Assembly: GCF_009914755.1 (NCBI RefSeq)
Contig: NC_060926.1
Reading direction: 5' to 3' (one strand)
From: the human T2T-CHM13v2.0 reference genome, Homo sapiens
Length of the DNA: 64,000 nucleotides
Shown: one piece after another, positions 29,151 through 45,351 of the stretch
Layout of the letters: each line of letters opens with the position of its first letter
Numbering within the stretch: position 1 is the first letter of the stretch
Notes under the pieces: model-generated
What the model was told of the DNA's origin: nothing
The model's input: the letters and a program-made list of their open reading frames with translations, nothing else
Database searches by the model: none
Made by a program: the position numbers and the translations under genes

Positions 29151-29284
29151 TATTATTATTTATTATAGGCCACTCAGCTCCTCTGTTTATAATTAGGGCT
29201 TTCCTAGTAGCATCTGTAAGACCTAATTTGATCAAGTATTCATTAATCCAGTTCATAACTATGCACATTCTTTACTTTATACAG

Positions 29285-29446
29285 CCCACTAGAGATGATC
29301 GTGGCTGGTTTGTTACGCCTTTAGGTCCAAACCCATGGTGGACAGTAATAGCTGCTATAATTCCAGCTCTGCTTTGTACTATTCTAATTTTTATGGACCA
29401 ACAGATTACAGCTGTCATCATCAACAGGAAAGAGCATAAGCTAAAG
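29285..29446 (+). CDS. SLC4A10: SLC4A10 exon ([19 protein letters not shown]...[22 protein letters not shown])
   Basis: atacag acceptor, gtatat donor; 162 nt; 'IFMDQQIT' substrate-site motif of Na+-coupled SLC4s. Confidence 0.97.
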
Positions 29447-30367
29447 GTATATTTTAACATCCATTTTAATGTAAATAATTATGACAACTGATATCAACTG
29501 ATGTTCATTTGACTTCTATATTCTGTATTCATTTGCACAGTGAAATATATAAAATAATGTTTTTAGATGTATAATTTTTATTGTCTTACAAGATACTTGG
29601 TCTTACAATGAGATGAGAATTTACTTATTTGTAGCACTTGGCTGAGCTCACGTCTGAGAACTCACCTCCAAGGCATAAAATAAAAAACTGTCAAAGTTTT
29701 AACTTTTCCATACTTAACATATTTTAATGAAATAACAATCTGTTCTGGTGAAGTACAACCATACCAACTTGTCTTACATCTGAGATTCCTCTATTCCTCT
29801 ATTTAACCCTAAATGTATCTATTACATTGAATTCATTATCAGAATAAATTACAACTTCAACTATTTCTCATTTTCTTTAATTATTTTTCTGTCTGCCTGT
29901 AACAACAAAATCCAGACATAAACGTCACAGTTTAGAAGTGACATCTTTGAGTTTTATTGCAGATTTCACTGTCTCTTTTATAAAAAGAATAACTATAGAT
30001 GTGTCTTAGTTACATTCTGACCTTGCCATTTTGCAATTGTGAATAATCGAAATTGTTCACTGGTATGCAATTTGCCTGAGATATGTAATGTAAGCACTGT
30101 CACTTACTTACAGGAATATGTTAAATAAAATCGATGAAATCATTAAATGGTTAAAAATAATCTGCATCAAACCTTGTAAAAACATAACATGCACAATCTT
30201 GTTTTTGTTTTGGTATCGTGGGGTAGTTGCCAGCTATTTTCACATACCCTTTAAACTCTAGGAGAAAAAATCATTGTCAGAGCAACAGAAATCATGCTTT
30301 ATAGAATTTTTTTATAGGAATGTTAGAAAGATGAAAAATATCTCTGATTAAACTCTGATGCAATATA

Positions 30368-30413
30368 TTGGGTCAATGCAAAAGTAATTGCAGTTTTTGC
30401 CATTACTTTTAAT
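30368..30413. mobile_element. Half MADE1 (Hsmar1 MITE)
   Basis: tgcaaaagtaattgcagtttttgccattacttttaat, one Hsmar1 TIR. Confidence 0.8.
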
Positions 30414-31925
30414 AATAATAATTACATAAATGTAAGAAAGCACACTTATTTGCAATAAATCTTATGAAGAAGGAATTTTGAGTATATGGTGGAGAGAATG
30501 TGTGTCTATCTTAAAGCAAAGGACATTTTTCATTCTCTTTGTAGAACGTAAGTTAAGAATTCTCACAACTTTATGTATTTTATTAAATGATACATTTTAA
30601 AAAATCAACTAAAAAACCTGTTTTAGGAAGAAAGTAAGCCATATAATTATTATTTACCTTTCAAAAAGATTTTTTTAGCCTTTATAATTAGGCAGAAATT
30701 CTAGTGTGTTCACTGAAAAATTATCCTCTGTAAGGGCCATCAGTTAAATGGATTCAGGCAGCATTTTTTTCTTATTGTAAGTGGAATCATATTAAAACAA
30801 AGTGTGGAAGTGAAATGTGTGCTGAGATTGATATTACCTTCCTGGCCATTCTGAATCTTTGCCCTTTCAACCTTATAAATCACATGACACTTGCTCTTAC
30901 TCCTTGTTCTTCATGAGCCCTTGACATTCACAGCCTTTGTAAAGCTCCACATTGACAAATACACTAATTTCCCCCTTCACATATACTGTGGAATAACAAA
31001 AATGTAGTAAAGCATTCTTTAAGTGGTCCTTTCAAGTACTTGCATTTATAGAATTAAATGCAGAACTAGAACTATTTTTGTCACTGAAATAAACCTGAGG
31101 CTACATTACTAAATCTGTTTTATTGTGCAAATAAATGATTATGTAGTCAAAAGTTGTGTATTTTTGCCCCTTACTACTCTGGATTTAGTAAATGATACAG
31201 CAAATCTGGCTTAATCATAAACTCTGCTATATGGCCACAGGCAGAAGAGTCAGCCTGTTCTTGGCCACTGTGAATCTGAACTCTCCATCCTCCTTCTTAG
31301 ATATGAATACTTTTAAAGCAAATTTCTTCCAGTGAAGATGTATTTCATCTACATTGAACCCCTATTGGGCCTATAACTCTTGTCTCCTATAAGCTTCTAT
31401 AGAGTGTGGTCTGATGCTACTGGTTTTCCCGTTAACAACAACAAAATCACCTTCTCAGAATGTTATTTACTCAGAGTAACGGTTTGTTCCATAGTCCTTC
31501 TCCCCGCCTGTTGCTTCATTGAAATGTTTGCAAAGTCTCCTGGCTTTGACTTGAACCACATTTTCACTAAAAGATGTGTTTCTTGAGTATATCACCAGAC
31601 CACAAGCTAACCACTTGTGAAAGCATTTTCAGCTTTTACTAATTTTCTTTTCTCACTTGAAAACCCATTTTTGCCTTGGTTGGAGCATTCCCCGAAATTG
31701 TTTAATGAATCATGTTTTGTAGTTTATGTATCAAACACTTGGTAGACTCCACATCATGTATCTAAGTCTACATACACCCAAGTCAACTCAGAATTCCTCA
31801 TTTCATTCTTTATCTCTCCCAAACATATTTTAGATCTTTTTACTTTTTCTTCACCTCTATTGCCAGAACTAGTAGCTGGTTTTCTTTTAGATGATATTTC
31901 TCCTGCTGATAAAAATGTTTTTATT

Positions 31926-32222
<297 letters not shown>

Positions 32223-34719
32223 TTATCATTTCATGAGTGTCACTATTTACACAATAAAGCTGTGTTGCACTGCATAGGTGACTTACTACTCCCGAAGAAT
32301 GGGGGAGCTCAAAATCAGTAAACCTCGAACTCATTGCATCCTATGATCCTTTGGATGGCTCCAGAGTGAAAGAAGAGGCAAATACAAAAATTTGAGAATG
32401 TGAAGTATCATGTATATTATACATAAATGTACATATAAATCCATACTCTCTCTAGCATTTGTTTGTTTGTTTCTCCCTTAGAGAAGTGGATTAGGCATAA
32501 GTTAACTGAATCCTTTTGAAAAGCATTAAAAATATCTACTTGGGTTTTTTAAAGCACATTCTCTAAATGTGAAAAGAGAGATAAAATCTTATAAAAAAGA
32601 AAGTTTCTGTTAAGATACAACTGTGGGCTTTTCTACATGTTTCTGTAGACAGTTCAGGCTTCTTTTGACATCATTTTTAATAAACAGCAATACAATCCCG
32701 GATCACTTGAGTAAATGAATGCATTTGCAACATTCATTTGGCACCATATTCTCTTGATGATTATGGCATTTGATATGTTCTTTTTTGCCCTCTTTGTCAG
32801 CCTGGTTCTTCATGTCAATCTATAGTCTTTTATGTGGTTAACTTGACAGATGCAGGAAATTGCTGCCAAGCTTTGAAATGAATTTTTTCAGCAGTGGCAT
32901 CTGGGTATCAGATGGTCCTCTTGGCTGGCCTCTTGTCTTGCTGCATGTTGGTTTTAGTGGGGTCTGGTGTAGCATCACCTGTTGCTATGCTCCCTTTTCC
33001 TCCCATATGTCCATTTCCTGTGATTCATGGATGAATGTGAGAATAAAAGCTCTAGCTCTGTCTTTATTTGAGAAAAAAATCTACAGAAATATGTTAGAAG
33101 GTGTAGAGTTCTCTGTCTGACAAAGGGATACTTCTCTTTGGCTGGCATGCCTATCAGCTAATAATTTTGTTACAAAGTCCAAGTTTTTAAAGACATTTTA
33201 AATGAAAGGCAAGAAGGATACTGGTTAGTTAGGGGAAGAGCAAGAACTGCTTTATTTATTTCCTTTGGTTTACATTAAATCAAGATGCTGCCATTGTTGT
33301 ACAGCATAATTAGGGGAAATTATATTTTTGTTTTTGTTATATATTTATATATTACAAAACTAGCTTTATAAATTTAGAAAAGAAATTATTTCCTCTGAAA
33401 GAATTATTTTGCCTACTTCCTGCAATTCAGAATCCCACTGTTTACATTTGTATCATATTTTTAAAACATTCAATAAGAGCTATTGGAAATCACTATCGCG
33501 ACAAAGATCTCCCTCATATTATTGAGATGTAGTGAATGTGGACTCTGAGAAAGTCCAGGTGTGCTAAAAAGTACAAGCCTGACTCTCAAGGCCCCCTGTC
33601 TTCTGCCCTCCTCTGATGCTCATCTCACAGCCACCAGCTCCTCTTCCATCTTTTGATTTCTCTTAGCAGTACCATAATTTTGCAAAATAGCTCCAAGGGG
33701 GCACCATTCACATTGTACTCCCTCAGAGGCAGAGGCTTAAGTATGAGGTCCTTCCCTGTTCTACATCCTTCTCACTCCAGAGTTGCTAGGACAAAACACT
33801 TCTCAAACTGCTTAAGACATTGTCCTTTAAAGGGACCAAAATCTGAGTTCTATTCTATGGAATTACATCTTCCAAAATGTTTTGCAAAAGGGCCAAGGGA
33901 TGATATTATGGTCCTGGCAAAACTGTTTCCTATGCTTTTTTGGTTATGCTGACACCAGGCAGTTTCTCTTCCTACTCTTCAACTCTTACTAATCAAATTC
34001 TTTCTTGAGTTACTTGCAAAGAAAAGTTTCCAGAGTCATATTCATTCAGGAAATTGAGTTAGATATTTTGGTAAATTGTAGTATTGCCCCAGTAAGCTGA
34101 ATCAATGAAGGGTACCATTGCTTTGGTGTCAACATAGGAGGAACAGGTCCTTAGGCACATAACTCTCATTGTCTCCTCACTATCATCTCTTGCACTTTTA
34201 TAATTTGGAAAGGATGAGCAGAAAGGAAAGAAAGTACAACTGACTTTAAGAACCTTCTTACTAAGAAAACAAGAAAACAAAATCACAGAGAAAAGACTAC
34301 CATGACAAATATGCAACAAATACTCAGTGTGTTTCACACTCCAGGCTATAAGAGCTCTCATACTGACTACAAACTGCTTGAAGTTATATAAAACTACCTC
34401 TAAAAAAGACTATTATTCTCCTAGAAGAATTGGTAATTTCTGCTCATGGTCATAATAACAAATTTAACTGCTGTATTTATTTTAAAATTACACTTACTAA
34501 ATTTGATTCTGAAATGTTTGATGCGTATTTTATTTTCAAAAAAGTCAATTTGTAACTTTTATTGATTGCTTATTGTGTGCCAATGATTGTGCTAAAAACT
34601 AGAGGAAATACTGAGAAATTATATAAGTTATCTGATCTTAAGAAACATATTAATAGTTTTATTAAGGAGCCTTGAAACCTAATGAGTACAAAAGAAACAT
34701 TTATTGTTTAACCACTAGA

Positions 34720-34960
34720 ATATAATAGTACCTAACATTTTCTGATTGCTTTCTATTCAACAGATATTATTCCAAATGATTTACAACATCAACTAATTTA
34801 ATTATCACAACAGCCCAGTGAGGTGCCTTCTACTATCATCATCATCGTTTTTCAGATAGGGAAAAAGAGGCACAAGAGCTTAAGTGATTTATTGGTTGAG
34901 CTAGCATTTCATTCCAGGCAGTCTGACTCCAGAACTTATATTCTTAACCACTTTATTATA
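34720..34960 (-). mobile_element. MIR
   Basis: ttttcagatagggaaaaagaggcacaagagcttaagtgattt reverse core. Confidence 0.7.
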
Positions 34961-35584
34961 CTGCCTCTCATAAAGCAGTCACTAAAAATTAAAAATAAAA
35001 GGTGGAACATAAAATAGGCCATCCCTTTGGCTGCTTCTGAGGCTCTACACTTCGATTCCTGCAGGGTATGGAGGGAGTGCTCTTCCCCATCTTTGATTTC
35101 CCTCCTCAGAGAGCACCCTGTCTGCAAGAGGGCAGTTTTCACACACCCCATTGCACCTATTTTTCCTCCTTTACATTTCCTACCTGGTCCTAGGAGGCAC
35201 TTAGTTTGCAACACCTGGAGATCAGTGACAGTGGAGTAGCATAACAGAGGAAATAGAAAACAAAAAACCGTGATTTCTAAGGAGGGGCTTAATTTGTCTA
35301 GTGCTGAAACTGAAGCAAATTAGAACAAGATAGCACTATATTAAGGAGAAAATGACTATACAGGGGAGCTTAGGCTCCATGATATTATTTTTTCTAATAG
35401 AAGTCACCCAATGAGACAAACGAGGGCAATTGGAAACTGAGTGTTTGTTTAAGAGTTACTCCAGGAGATCTGATATGAAGGGCTTGTTGAGTATCATCAG
35501 GAAGTGGTTTCTATTCGCAATCAGGCCACCCTTAGCCCTGTTATTGACACAGTTTCTTTCTCTCTTTCTTTCTTTTTTAAACAG

Positions 35585-35836
35585 AAAGGTTGTGGGTACC
35601 ATCTGGACCTATTAATGGTGGCTGTCATGCTCGGTGTATGCTCCATCATGGGCCTGCCATGGTTTGTGGCTGCCACAGTCCTCTCCATCACTCATGTCAA
35701 TAGCCTAAAACTGGAATCAGAATGCTCAGCTCCAGGAGAACAACCCAAATTTCTCGGCATTCGGGAGCAAAGGGTTACTGGGCTTATGATTTTTATTCTT
35801 ATGGGTTCATCAGTCTTTATGACCAGTATTCTGAAG
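35585..35836 (+). CDS. SLC4A10: SLC4A10 exon (KGCGYHLDL...[19 protein letters not shown]...IREQRVTG...MTSILK)
   Basis: long pyrimidine tract + aacag acceptor, gtaaca donor; 252 nt; hallmark SLC4 motifs GxHLDL, ATVLS, EQRVTG. Confidence 0.98.
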
Positions 35837-36829
35837 GTAACAAAATCTGTCTTTATGAACTTGAGAGAAAGAATACATTTATCATCATTTAAGATTTTCA
35901 TTTGAATCTGAGCCATAAATTTGCAAATATTGTGTGGCATGTGATGAAAGTGATGAATTTCTGAACCATGTTTATATAATTCTTCATAACCTAAGGGAGG
36001 GAAATTACGTCCTATATTTTAAAACCCTTAAATACATAAAAATTTAGTCTGGCAAAGTAAAATTTGATGAGTAAATTATTGTAACAATTTTGAATCGGTG
36101 ATCAAGCTATGGGAAAAAGTCACTCATTGTTTCTGACTGACTTGTGACCCGAATCCATTACAGGCATTCATAAAGATTCTATTTTCTTGTCAGTGGATAA
36201 ATATATTAGCAGTTAATATTACTTACTATTAATAAGAGATAGAGGTGAAGGGATGAGCCTGGTTATAGTCACATACGCAGTTTTCCATTTTAAGTGCTCT
36301 GTAAAACCACTGTCTGGACATCATCATTGCATATAGTGATTTTTTTTTCACACAAAACTTGAAATCTATTTTTAAGAGGATTAACTAGTAATTATTTTGT
36401 CATGTAATTTTGTCAGATATTTCCAAGGTGTGTCAATTGCGCTATAAATTACAACACATTTTATTTGCCTATAATTTGACATTTTAATTAAATTATTTAA
36501 TGATTTACACTAGTTTACTTGTATTTGATCATTAACACAAGTACCTTTGCAAGAATTAATCTCTGTTATATAAGTAATTATGTTATAGACATAAGATGAT
36601 GTGAACTATTCCAATAAAAAGAGAAAATCTGAATTATCCATATATTTACAAATACCTGGTATAATACAGGAAACACATCTAAATGTTAGCTTCATTTTTA
36701 ATCCACCTTTAATCCAAATATCTTATCTTTGTAAAGCAAAATTCAAGTTGTCTCCAAAGTAGCATAATAATAATATTATTGTTCATTATATACTACATGG
36801 TTTTTAAAAATAGATTTTGACCTATTAAA

Positions 36830-36975
36830 TAATTATAACAACCCTATTGTTATCATCTCCTTTTAGATATTGGGAAACTAAGGCACAGAGAGCTTAAGTA
36901 ACTTACCTAAGGTTACACAGCTAAAAATGCTAGAGCTGGAACTTGAATCCTTGTCTTCTGAATCTGTACTATACT
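36830..36975 (-). mobile_element. MIR
   Basis: ggaaactaaggcacagagagcttaagtaacttacctaaggttacacagct. Confidence 0.8.
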
Positions 36976-37082
36976 GTTTCTATTCAAAAATGCCTTTTTT
37001 CCCTGTTTTTTTCTTTGATAAATGCAAAACCACAATCTATTTGAAAATGATTTCTGCCTTTTCTCCAATTGTTCTTTTACAG

Positions 37083-37151
37083 TTTATTCCCATGCCAGTG
37101 CTATATGGAGTGTTTCTTTATATGGGTGCTTCATCTCTAAAGGGAATTCAG
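37083..37151 (+). CDS. SLC4A10: SLC4A10 exon (FIPMPVLYGVFLYMGASSLKGIQ)
   Basis: ttttacag acceptor, gtaaat donor; 69 nt; conserved IPMPVLYGVFLYMG. Confidence 0.97.
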
Positions 37152-37889
37152 GTAAATTACTTACAGTACTACAGGCACATCTGTGATGACTGACCTTAAG
37201 GTCTACTGATAAGTCATGTGACAGCTGAGAAAATGCCACCACCTGAGGAACAGCTTTTAGACCACAATTAAATTTCTTCAAACTTGTCAGAGTTACAAAA
37301 GTTAAAGAAGATTCTCTCCAGCATCTAAGGTTCATAATCTTATGGTACTTTTCTTTATCATAAGTATATTAAAACTGTAAGAGGCTTAGATTTTACAGCA
37401 TTTTTAGAAAAATCATAGTAGTATATTTCAATATATATCCAAATATTTATAATATTTGACACTTTAATCATGTGTATGGACATCTATTGGTAAGAATAGG
37501 AAAAGTCTTTATGCACGAAGATGTTCATTGTAACACATACTATTAAAATATTGGAAACAACCCAATTCTCTAACTGCAGTCAAATAATTAGGTAACCTAT
37601 GGTATATTCACTGAAAATTGATAATTATAGGAACCACAAAAGTAACATGGCAAAAATGCTTACAACATAATACAAAGTAAGAAACTATTGACCATAGGTT
37701 TATAAAGCTATGAGTTTGAGCTGGGTTGTGAAGGAAGGTGTAGAAATAAGAACAATTTGTTGAGATAGTGATATCCCGGGGGTTTTCCCCCTTGTTTTGT
37801 TTGTTTTACTGTTATATTTATAGGATTATTTTTAAAATTAGACTAAAATAAAGATATAAGCAGTTTCAAGTATAAGGGGAACTTTATGA

Positions 37890-38428
37890 ATTATTTAAGT
37901 AAGTATTGGTTAAATAAATATTTTAGGCATGAATTTGGCAACAGATCAGCCAGATGGTTCTGGTTCAGGATGTCCCATGTGGTCACTGTCAGGGTGTGGA
38001 CAAGGTCCACAGCATCTGAAGGTTTGATAGTGCTGGAGGATCTGCTTGCAAAATGGCTATTCCACAACTGTGGGCATGAGGGCATCAGTTCTTTTCTACC
38101 TGTTGGTAGGATGACTCAGTCTTTTGCCACAGTGGCCTCTCCATGGAATCCTTAGTGTGTCCTCAAACCATGGAATGTGACTCCTTCAGAGTGAGCAATA
38201 TAAAAGAGAGAGAGAGAGATAGAGGAGAAAGGAGAGAAGAGAATGAGAAAGAGGATGAAGTGCTTTTTGACTTAGTCTTCAAAGTCATACATGGTCTTTC
38301 CATGTTTTCTATTTGTTAGAGGCTATCCACTACTAAGTCCAGCTTGCACCCAAGTGAAGGGAAAAGGGAGACTATCTCTTGAAGAGAAGAGTATCAAAGA
38401 ATTTGTAGACACATTTTAAAACCTCCAC
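37890..38428 (-). mobile_element. Old MLT1 LTR
   Basis: catctgaaggtttga...ggaggatctgcttgcaaaatggct; terminus ttttaaaacctccaca. Confidence 0.6.
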
Positions 38429-38492
38429 AAGTGTATTCTAAATTTTTACAGAAGCTGTAGGCAAATTCTTCCCACGTATTTCTTTGATGATA

Positions 38493-39564
<1,072 letters not shown>

Positions 39565-42500
39565 ATTTCTACTTAAATTGTCCCTTGAAAAGTCTTGTTT
39601 TATAATTTAACATTATTTAGCCCAACACTCCAATGTTCTTGAAAAAGAGACTAGAGACTTATTCATCATATAGTATTTTGTCAACTGAAAAGCAAAAATA
39701 AATTGCAGCTTTTTCTATAACACAGCTAGACTCACTGATGTTCATAGCATATAAGAGAATAGTTAACCTGCAGGACAGGCAGCACGGGATCTCTGTTCCT
39801 GAGCAAATGACTAACCAGCTTCTGACTTTGGGAGAAAAAGCAGAACTTAGGCCTTAAGACAATACTGGCTGCCAGTCTGGGGGAAACTTAAGTATGAAGT
39901 CATTGCAGGTCACGGAACACCCAAAGTTGATAGTATGACTGACTCTTCATCCTGACACTGGGAAAAATGAACTGGGAGAGGGAGATGGTTGAGCCATGTT
40001 ATATGTTTTAATTTTACTCAAATTAGATTTAATTTGCTCATTTAAAATTTCATGTATGAAAAGTGTAGTTTGATAGAATTTGTTTAGTAAGCCATTAGGG
40101 AAGAATATGGAAGAGGTTTTGTTTATTTGTTTTTCTTTTTCCCTTTTTTTTTTTTTTTTGCCTTTGGCAAAAGTTCCATGAGTACTAATTTCATCTGTAA
40201 GTGAAAAGCATTTATTATTAGGCCCCAGGCTCACATAAATACAGCAGCAGAGTTTAAGAAACAATGTAAAATCATTTTGATGATAGGTTTCAACAGATTT
40301 TCTCCTCTAATTCCACATGATTTTATACTCATGAGATTTAGAATTGAACAAGAACGTCAAGTTTTGGAATTATTTGGGGTGTGAATCTTTTAAATGAAAA
40401 TTGAAGAAAACGTTATCAAAAGCCCATGAGTTAAATATAATGAGTTTTAAAGAACACAAATGAAACATCAATCTGGGGCACATGTTGATGAACAGGGTCT
40501 CACACTGAGAAACAGTGTTCGTGAAAATTTAAGTGAGCCCCAAGAGCAGGCAGCTGAAATTCCTATTTGGAATTGTAGCTAACTGGGTGGGGAAATGTGA
40601 TATTGATACTAGGATATAATAAAAACCAAATGTAAAACTCAGAATACATTTATCATGATGATGATTATTATTTAAACATATGCTAAATATAATCAGTTCC
40701 AGCAGCACGTTACTGTCTTACCCTATTGAAGGAATCTATGTTACCTGCTTGTTTGGCAATATTAAGAAACTTATTATCTGGGCTTCTCACTGTGAAACAT
40801 GGCAGAAAAAACAGATCACAGTGTTCTCATGAATGCTGTTTCTGCATTCAGATATATACCCACATCTATATTCATTCCAACACTTCAGGAATCCAAAGTA
40901 AAGCAAATGTGCCATTTAAACAATAACAATTGAAGCACCCACACACTGAAGTACACTTATGCAATAACATAGCTTCACAAATGGAGAAATGGTGGCTGGG
41001 AAAAACTAGTTCTATAGAAAAGGAAATATTCCATTGTAAGCCAGAAGATTTTATTTTATTTCTTTCCTATTCCTACCTCTACCATGCACCAAGTTTTTGT
41101 TTATTTAATGACTTTTAAGTTTAAATAATATTTAGGAAATAGAAATTTTAAAACTTAATGACATGTACATGGACAGAATGGAGAGACATTATTCAGGAAT
41201 GAGTTCAGCACTTAGTAGCCTGCATAGAATGTTTCAATAATATTTTTGGAATATATAAATGAATATGAATAAATGAATGGTCAGGGAATGAACTAATATA
41301 TGTATGATTCTTATTTAGATAACTGAGGAAAGGAAGGCCATGTCATGCCATAAGACATAGAACACAGAAGGGAAGATAGGTTTATGTTGAGTTTGAGATT
41401 CCTATTATGTATACAAGCAGGTCTTGGTAAAACAGGGTGTTTTGACTCTAACATTTTGACTCAATGGACAACTGTTCCTTTGCATATTAATATGACACAT
41501 TTGATGAGAATTGCCTACAGTTTTTAAAATAAGTTAGTTAAGAAATAAAATCTAATATTACTTTTTGAAAATGCATAATGGATGTTACTGTAGAGATGGC
41601 ATGAAATAAAACAGTGACTGACAGTGATTGAAACCATTATTTTCTAAATAATCGCCTCTAGTTGGAAACACTGAAAATTGCAAAAATTGGCCGAAGAACA
41701 ATAAACCAAATAATCTATATAAAATAAAACTATCATGCAGTATGATTTGTTAGTAAATAAAATGTGATTAAAGATTTAAGCTTCCTGTGTGCATTTAATT
41801 TATAAAATTCAAAAAAAGAAAAATTGGTTTGCTTGATTAAAAAAGCCCTCAAAGTCAAAGCTGTAACATAATAGTATGAAGTACTATAACAATAGTGTTA
41901 TGTAATACTATGTACTATCTTTATGGCAAGATTGAAACAAATAACATTGATTGAGATGAAAATAATTTTAATAAAATACAACTGAAAATATATAAATGAC
42001 GTGACAGTGCTGTATATAAAGTTAATCAAGAAATTAAATAGAGTTAACAAAATTTGCTCTGGAACATACTTTATTAACAAAATTTATTTAGGTTAAATTT
42101 TTATGGTTAAGATGTTTGTGTCCATAAAGACAGCATCTAAACTTTTGTTGGGGATTAAAGGGACAAAGTCAAAACAGCAGAGTCAAAATAAGGAGGTTAA
42201 AATACCGTACTTAGCAGCTGGATAAGGGTCTAGAACTCAGGAGAGAGCTAAGGCAGAGACGTAGGTCCGTGAATCATTAGCAAGTCTGTGAAAGTCAAAG
42301 CCATGGGTATGGATGAACTATTCCAGGAGAAAAGAAAACAGAGAATGAGAGTCCAGGAATCCCAATGTTGAGGGGCAAATAAAGGAAGAGATTGTGTTGT
42401 GACAATGAAAAAGAAGATGGTTAATTATGTTTTGCTTCACAGGGCTCCACTCTTCAAGGTAGCAATATTTAACATTGGCTTTCTATTTTTAAACTCTTCT

Positions 42501-42731
42501 AAATTGTAACCCGTCTCCATATTCAAGAAAATGTGGGCTATTGTTTAACTGAAATTGTAGTGTTTCAGAGGGTAAGCATAACAATCCCATTGTCTTGATG
42601 CCGAGATATCAACTTAGTGTTATCCAGGTATGTCATTTAACCCAAAATTGTGGACCATATTAAACATCAACTTGTCCTACTTTTATTGTTGTCTTACACC
42701 TAAAAACAATTTAGTCTGTTTAATCTTTTAG

Positions 42732-42905
42732 TTCTTTGATAGGATAAAGCTCTTCTGGATGCCGGCAAAACATCAACCAGATTTTATATACCTAAGGCAC
42801 GTACCGCTTCGAAAAGTGCATCTCTTCACAATTATTCAGATGAGTTGCCTTGGCCTTTTGTGGATAATAAAAGTTTCAAGAGCTGCTATTGTCTTTCCCA
42901 TGATG
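42732..42905 (+). CDS. SLC4A10: SLC4A10 exon ([58 protein letters not shown])
   Basis: ctttttag-type acceptor ending 42731, gtatga donor; 174 nt; KHQPD motif; not in ORF track. Confidence 0.97.
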
Positions 42906-43647
42906 GTATGAAACTTCTGTCAACTATTTTTCTCTTTCTCTGATTTGCTGGTCTCTTTGGAAACATAAACACATGAATTGAAACTGGAACAACAGAGTCA
43001 TTTTGAACAATTATTGGAAAATATAAGTTTTGGCACTGAAAGTGTGACTAAGATAGGGTTTAAGAATGCCTATGAATTTCAGTGATTCCTATTAGTTTTG
43101 TCTCTATCACTCTGAATGTTTGTGGTAGTCTGAATTAATTGAAGCTGGATGGAAAAATGCATTCTTCCAAAATTTAACATTAAAGATACTAGCAAATATG
43201 AAAAATTAGGATTTTTAAAATAACATTGTATTAAATGTTTCAGGCAAGTTTCAAATACTTCAAAAACTATAGTGAATTTGAATGACTAAATAATTTCATA
43301 ATTATTAGTATAGATAAGAATGTTCTCGTGTTCATTTAATATAGTATAAACTATTAACTACATGTATTTAAGGAAACATAGTCAAATACATTTTATAGGT
43401 TTTTTAAAATAGCTTATTTAATAGACTCCCATATTGGTTAAAATCATAGTCATTATTGTGGTGATGTAGTAAGAAAAGAAAATGAAGGAAGCAGAAGACT
43501 AGACAATGTTTTATACATATATATCTTTAATTTTTACTTTAATCTCAGGCCTAATAGAAATTGTTTCTACCAAAAACCATACAGGCAAATCTACACCTCT
43601 CGTTTTAATTTTTTTTCCACTTTAAACTAGTTTATTATTTACTTCAG

Positions 43648-43770
43648 GTGTTAGCCCTGGTATTTGTAAGAAAGTTGATGGACTTGTTGTTCACGAAGCG
43701 GGAACTCAGCTGGTTGGATGATTTGATGCCCGAGAGTAAGAAAAAGAAACTGGAAGATGCTGAAAAAGAA
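43648..43770 (+). CDS. SLC4A10: SLC4A10 exon, end of last TM and start of cytosolic C-tail (VLALVFVRKLMDLLFTKRELSWLDDLMPESKKKKLEDAEKE)
   Basis: acttcag acceptor, gtaaga donor; 123 nt; 'ELSWLDD' motif. Confidence 0.97.
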
Positions 43771-45065
43771 GTAAGAGCAAAATCAATGTTTTATAAAGAA
43801 AGAAAAAAGGAACATAGTAATATTTCTTTGCAAAACTAAATTATTGTTTTTATCTTTAGACAGTTTTGTCTTTAGACAGTGATCACTAACAACCACAAGT
43901 AGACTAGTTTGGAAGTTTAATGTTTAAAATCATAAAGATTTGAACAGAGAGAGAATGAAGATCTTATAGGAGGAAACCAAATCCTAATGAAATATGGAAA
44001 TACTTTGTACTAAAATACCCTCCAAATTGTAAGGCTCATTTTTCTGATTCCTCTCCTATGGATGGCAGAAACTTGCTAATACTTAACTATTTCCAAATTA
44101 TGATCATGCAGTGATTGTTTTTTTGTTACATATGTGAGAACAAAAAGAAGAGACATTATTACTGTTGGTATTTTCCTAGGGAACAGAGTTTTAATCAAAA
44201 TATTCTAATGAATAATTATTTATTCTTGAAATAGGTGAAATGTTTAGTAGGAAAAATGTTGATCTGATTTGCTTTCAAAGTGATTTAAGATTGAGTAGAT
44301 GTTGCAGAAACTTCTGGAATTTATTTTTACAGGCTACTTATTTATTTTATTCTATTTTATATGGTATAACAATGTATTATAAGTTTCGTGGCATATTTAA
44401 AGTTTATATGTAAGCCTGAGTCTATTTTGAAAGCACTTAATCAACATTTTTTTAAGTATATAAAAACTACAAAGAGTGTAAATGAGGGAAAAATAACTAG
44501 CGTAACATTTAGCAGGATGATTGAGCCCATACAATGTAAAACACAACAAAGTTTTCACATAAATAGAAATGAGATTGAAATAAAATATTTGATGAGAATT
44601 ATACTATTTTTCTCTATAAGTAGTCAGTAAATGTATTCAACTTTCTATTTCCTCAAACCATAGATATATTTCCTATTTCCTTTGGGGAATTCATTTGCAG
44701 ATGTTTCAGAGGTCTTAGTCATTTAATGAGGTCAGATCAGGCCATAAATCAAATGAGGTTTTTTCTTTCTCAGAAATTTATACCAATATGGTTACGTAAT
44801 GTGTAATTGGTAATTCCCTTACTCTACATGGTGTTCTATCACTAACAATGGATTCCCACAGATAGAGATTCATCATGATGATGTGTCTTAATCCTGTAAG
44901 AATGTTTCAATTTTTCCAAATATTGTAGAAGGCAATACTTAGACTCATACTTCTAGTAATATTAATGTTAACACAAAAAATGATATTATACAATTGTTAT
45001 TATTTATTTTTCTGTTTGATATATTTTTATTTAAATATTAGTGCTTTTTTAAAAAATAATACTTT

Positions 45066-45351
45066 GAGTCAGGCGCAGTGGCTCATGCCTGTAATGCTAG
45101 CAGTTTGGGAGGCTGAGGCGGGCAGATCACGAGATCAGGAGATAAGACCATATTGGCTAACATGGTGAAACCCCGTGTCCACTAAAAATACAAAAATTAG
45201 CTGGGCATGGTGGTGCACACCTGTAGTCTCAGCTACTCAGGAGGCTGAGGCAGGAGGATCACTTGAACCGGGAGGTGGACGTTGCAGTGAGCCACTGCAC
45301 TCCAGCCTGGTGACAGAGCGAGACTCCGTCTCAAAAAAAAAAAAACAAAAA
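45066..45351 (+). mobile_element. AluSc-like
   Basis: Dimer with a small right-arm deletion, A tail. Confidence 0.92.
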
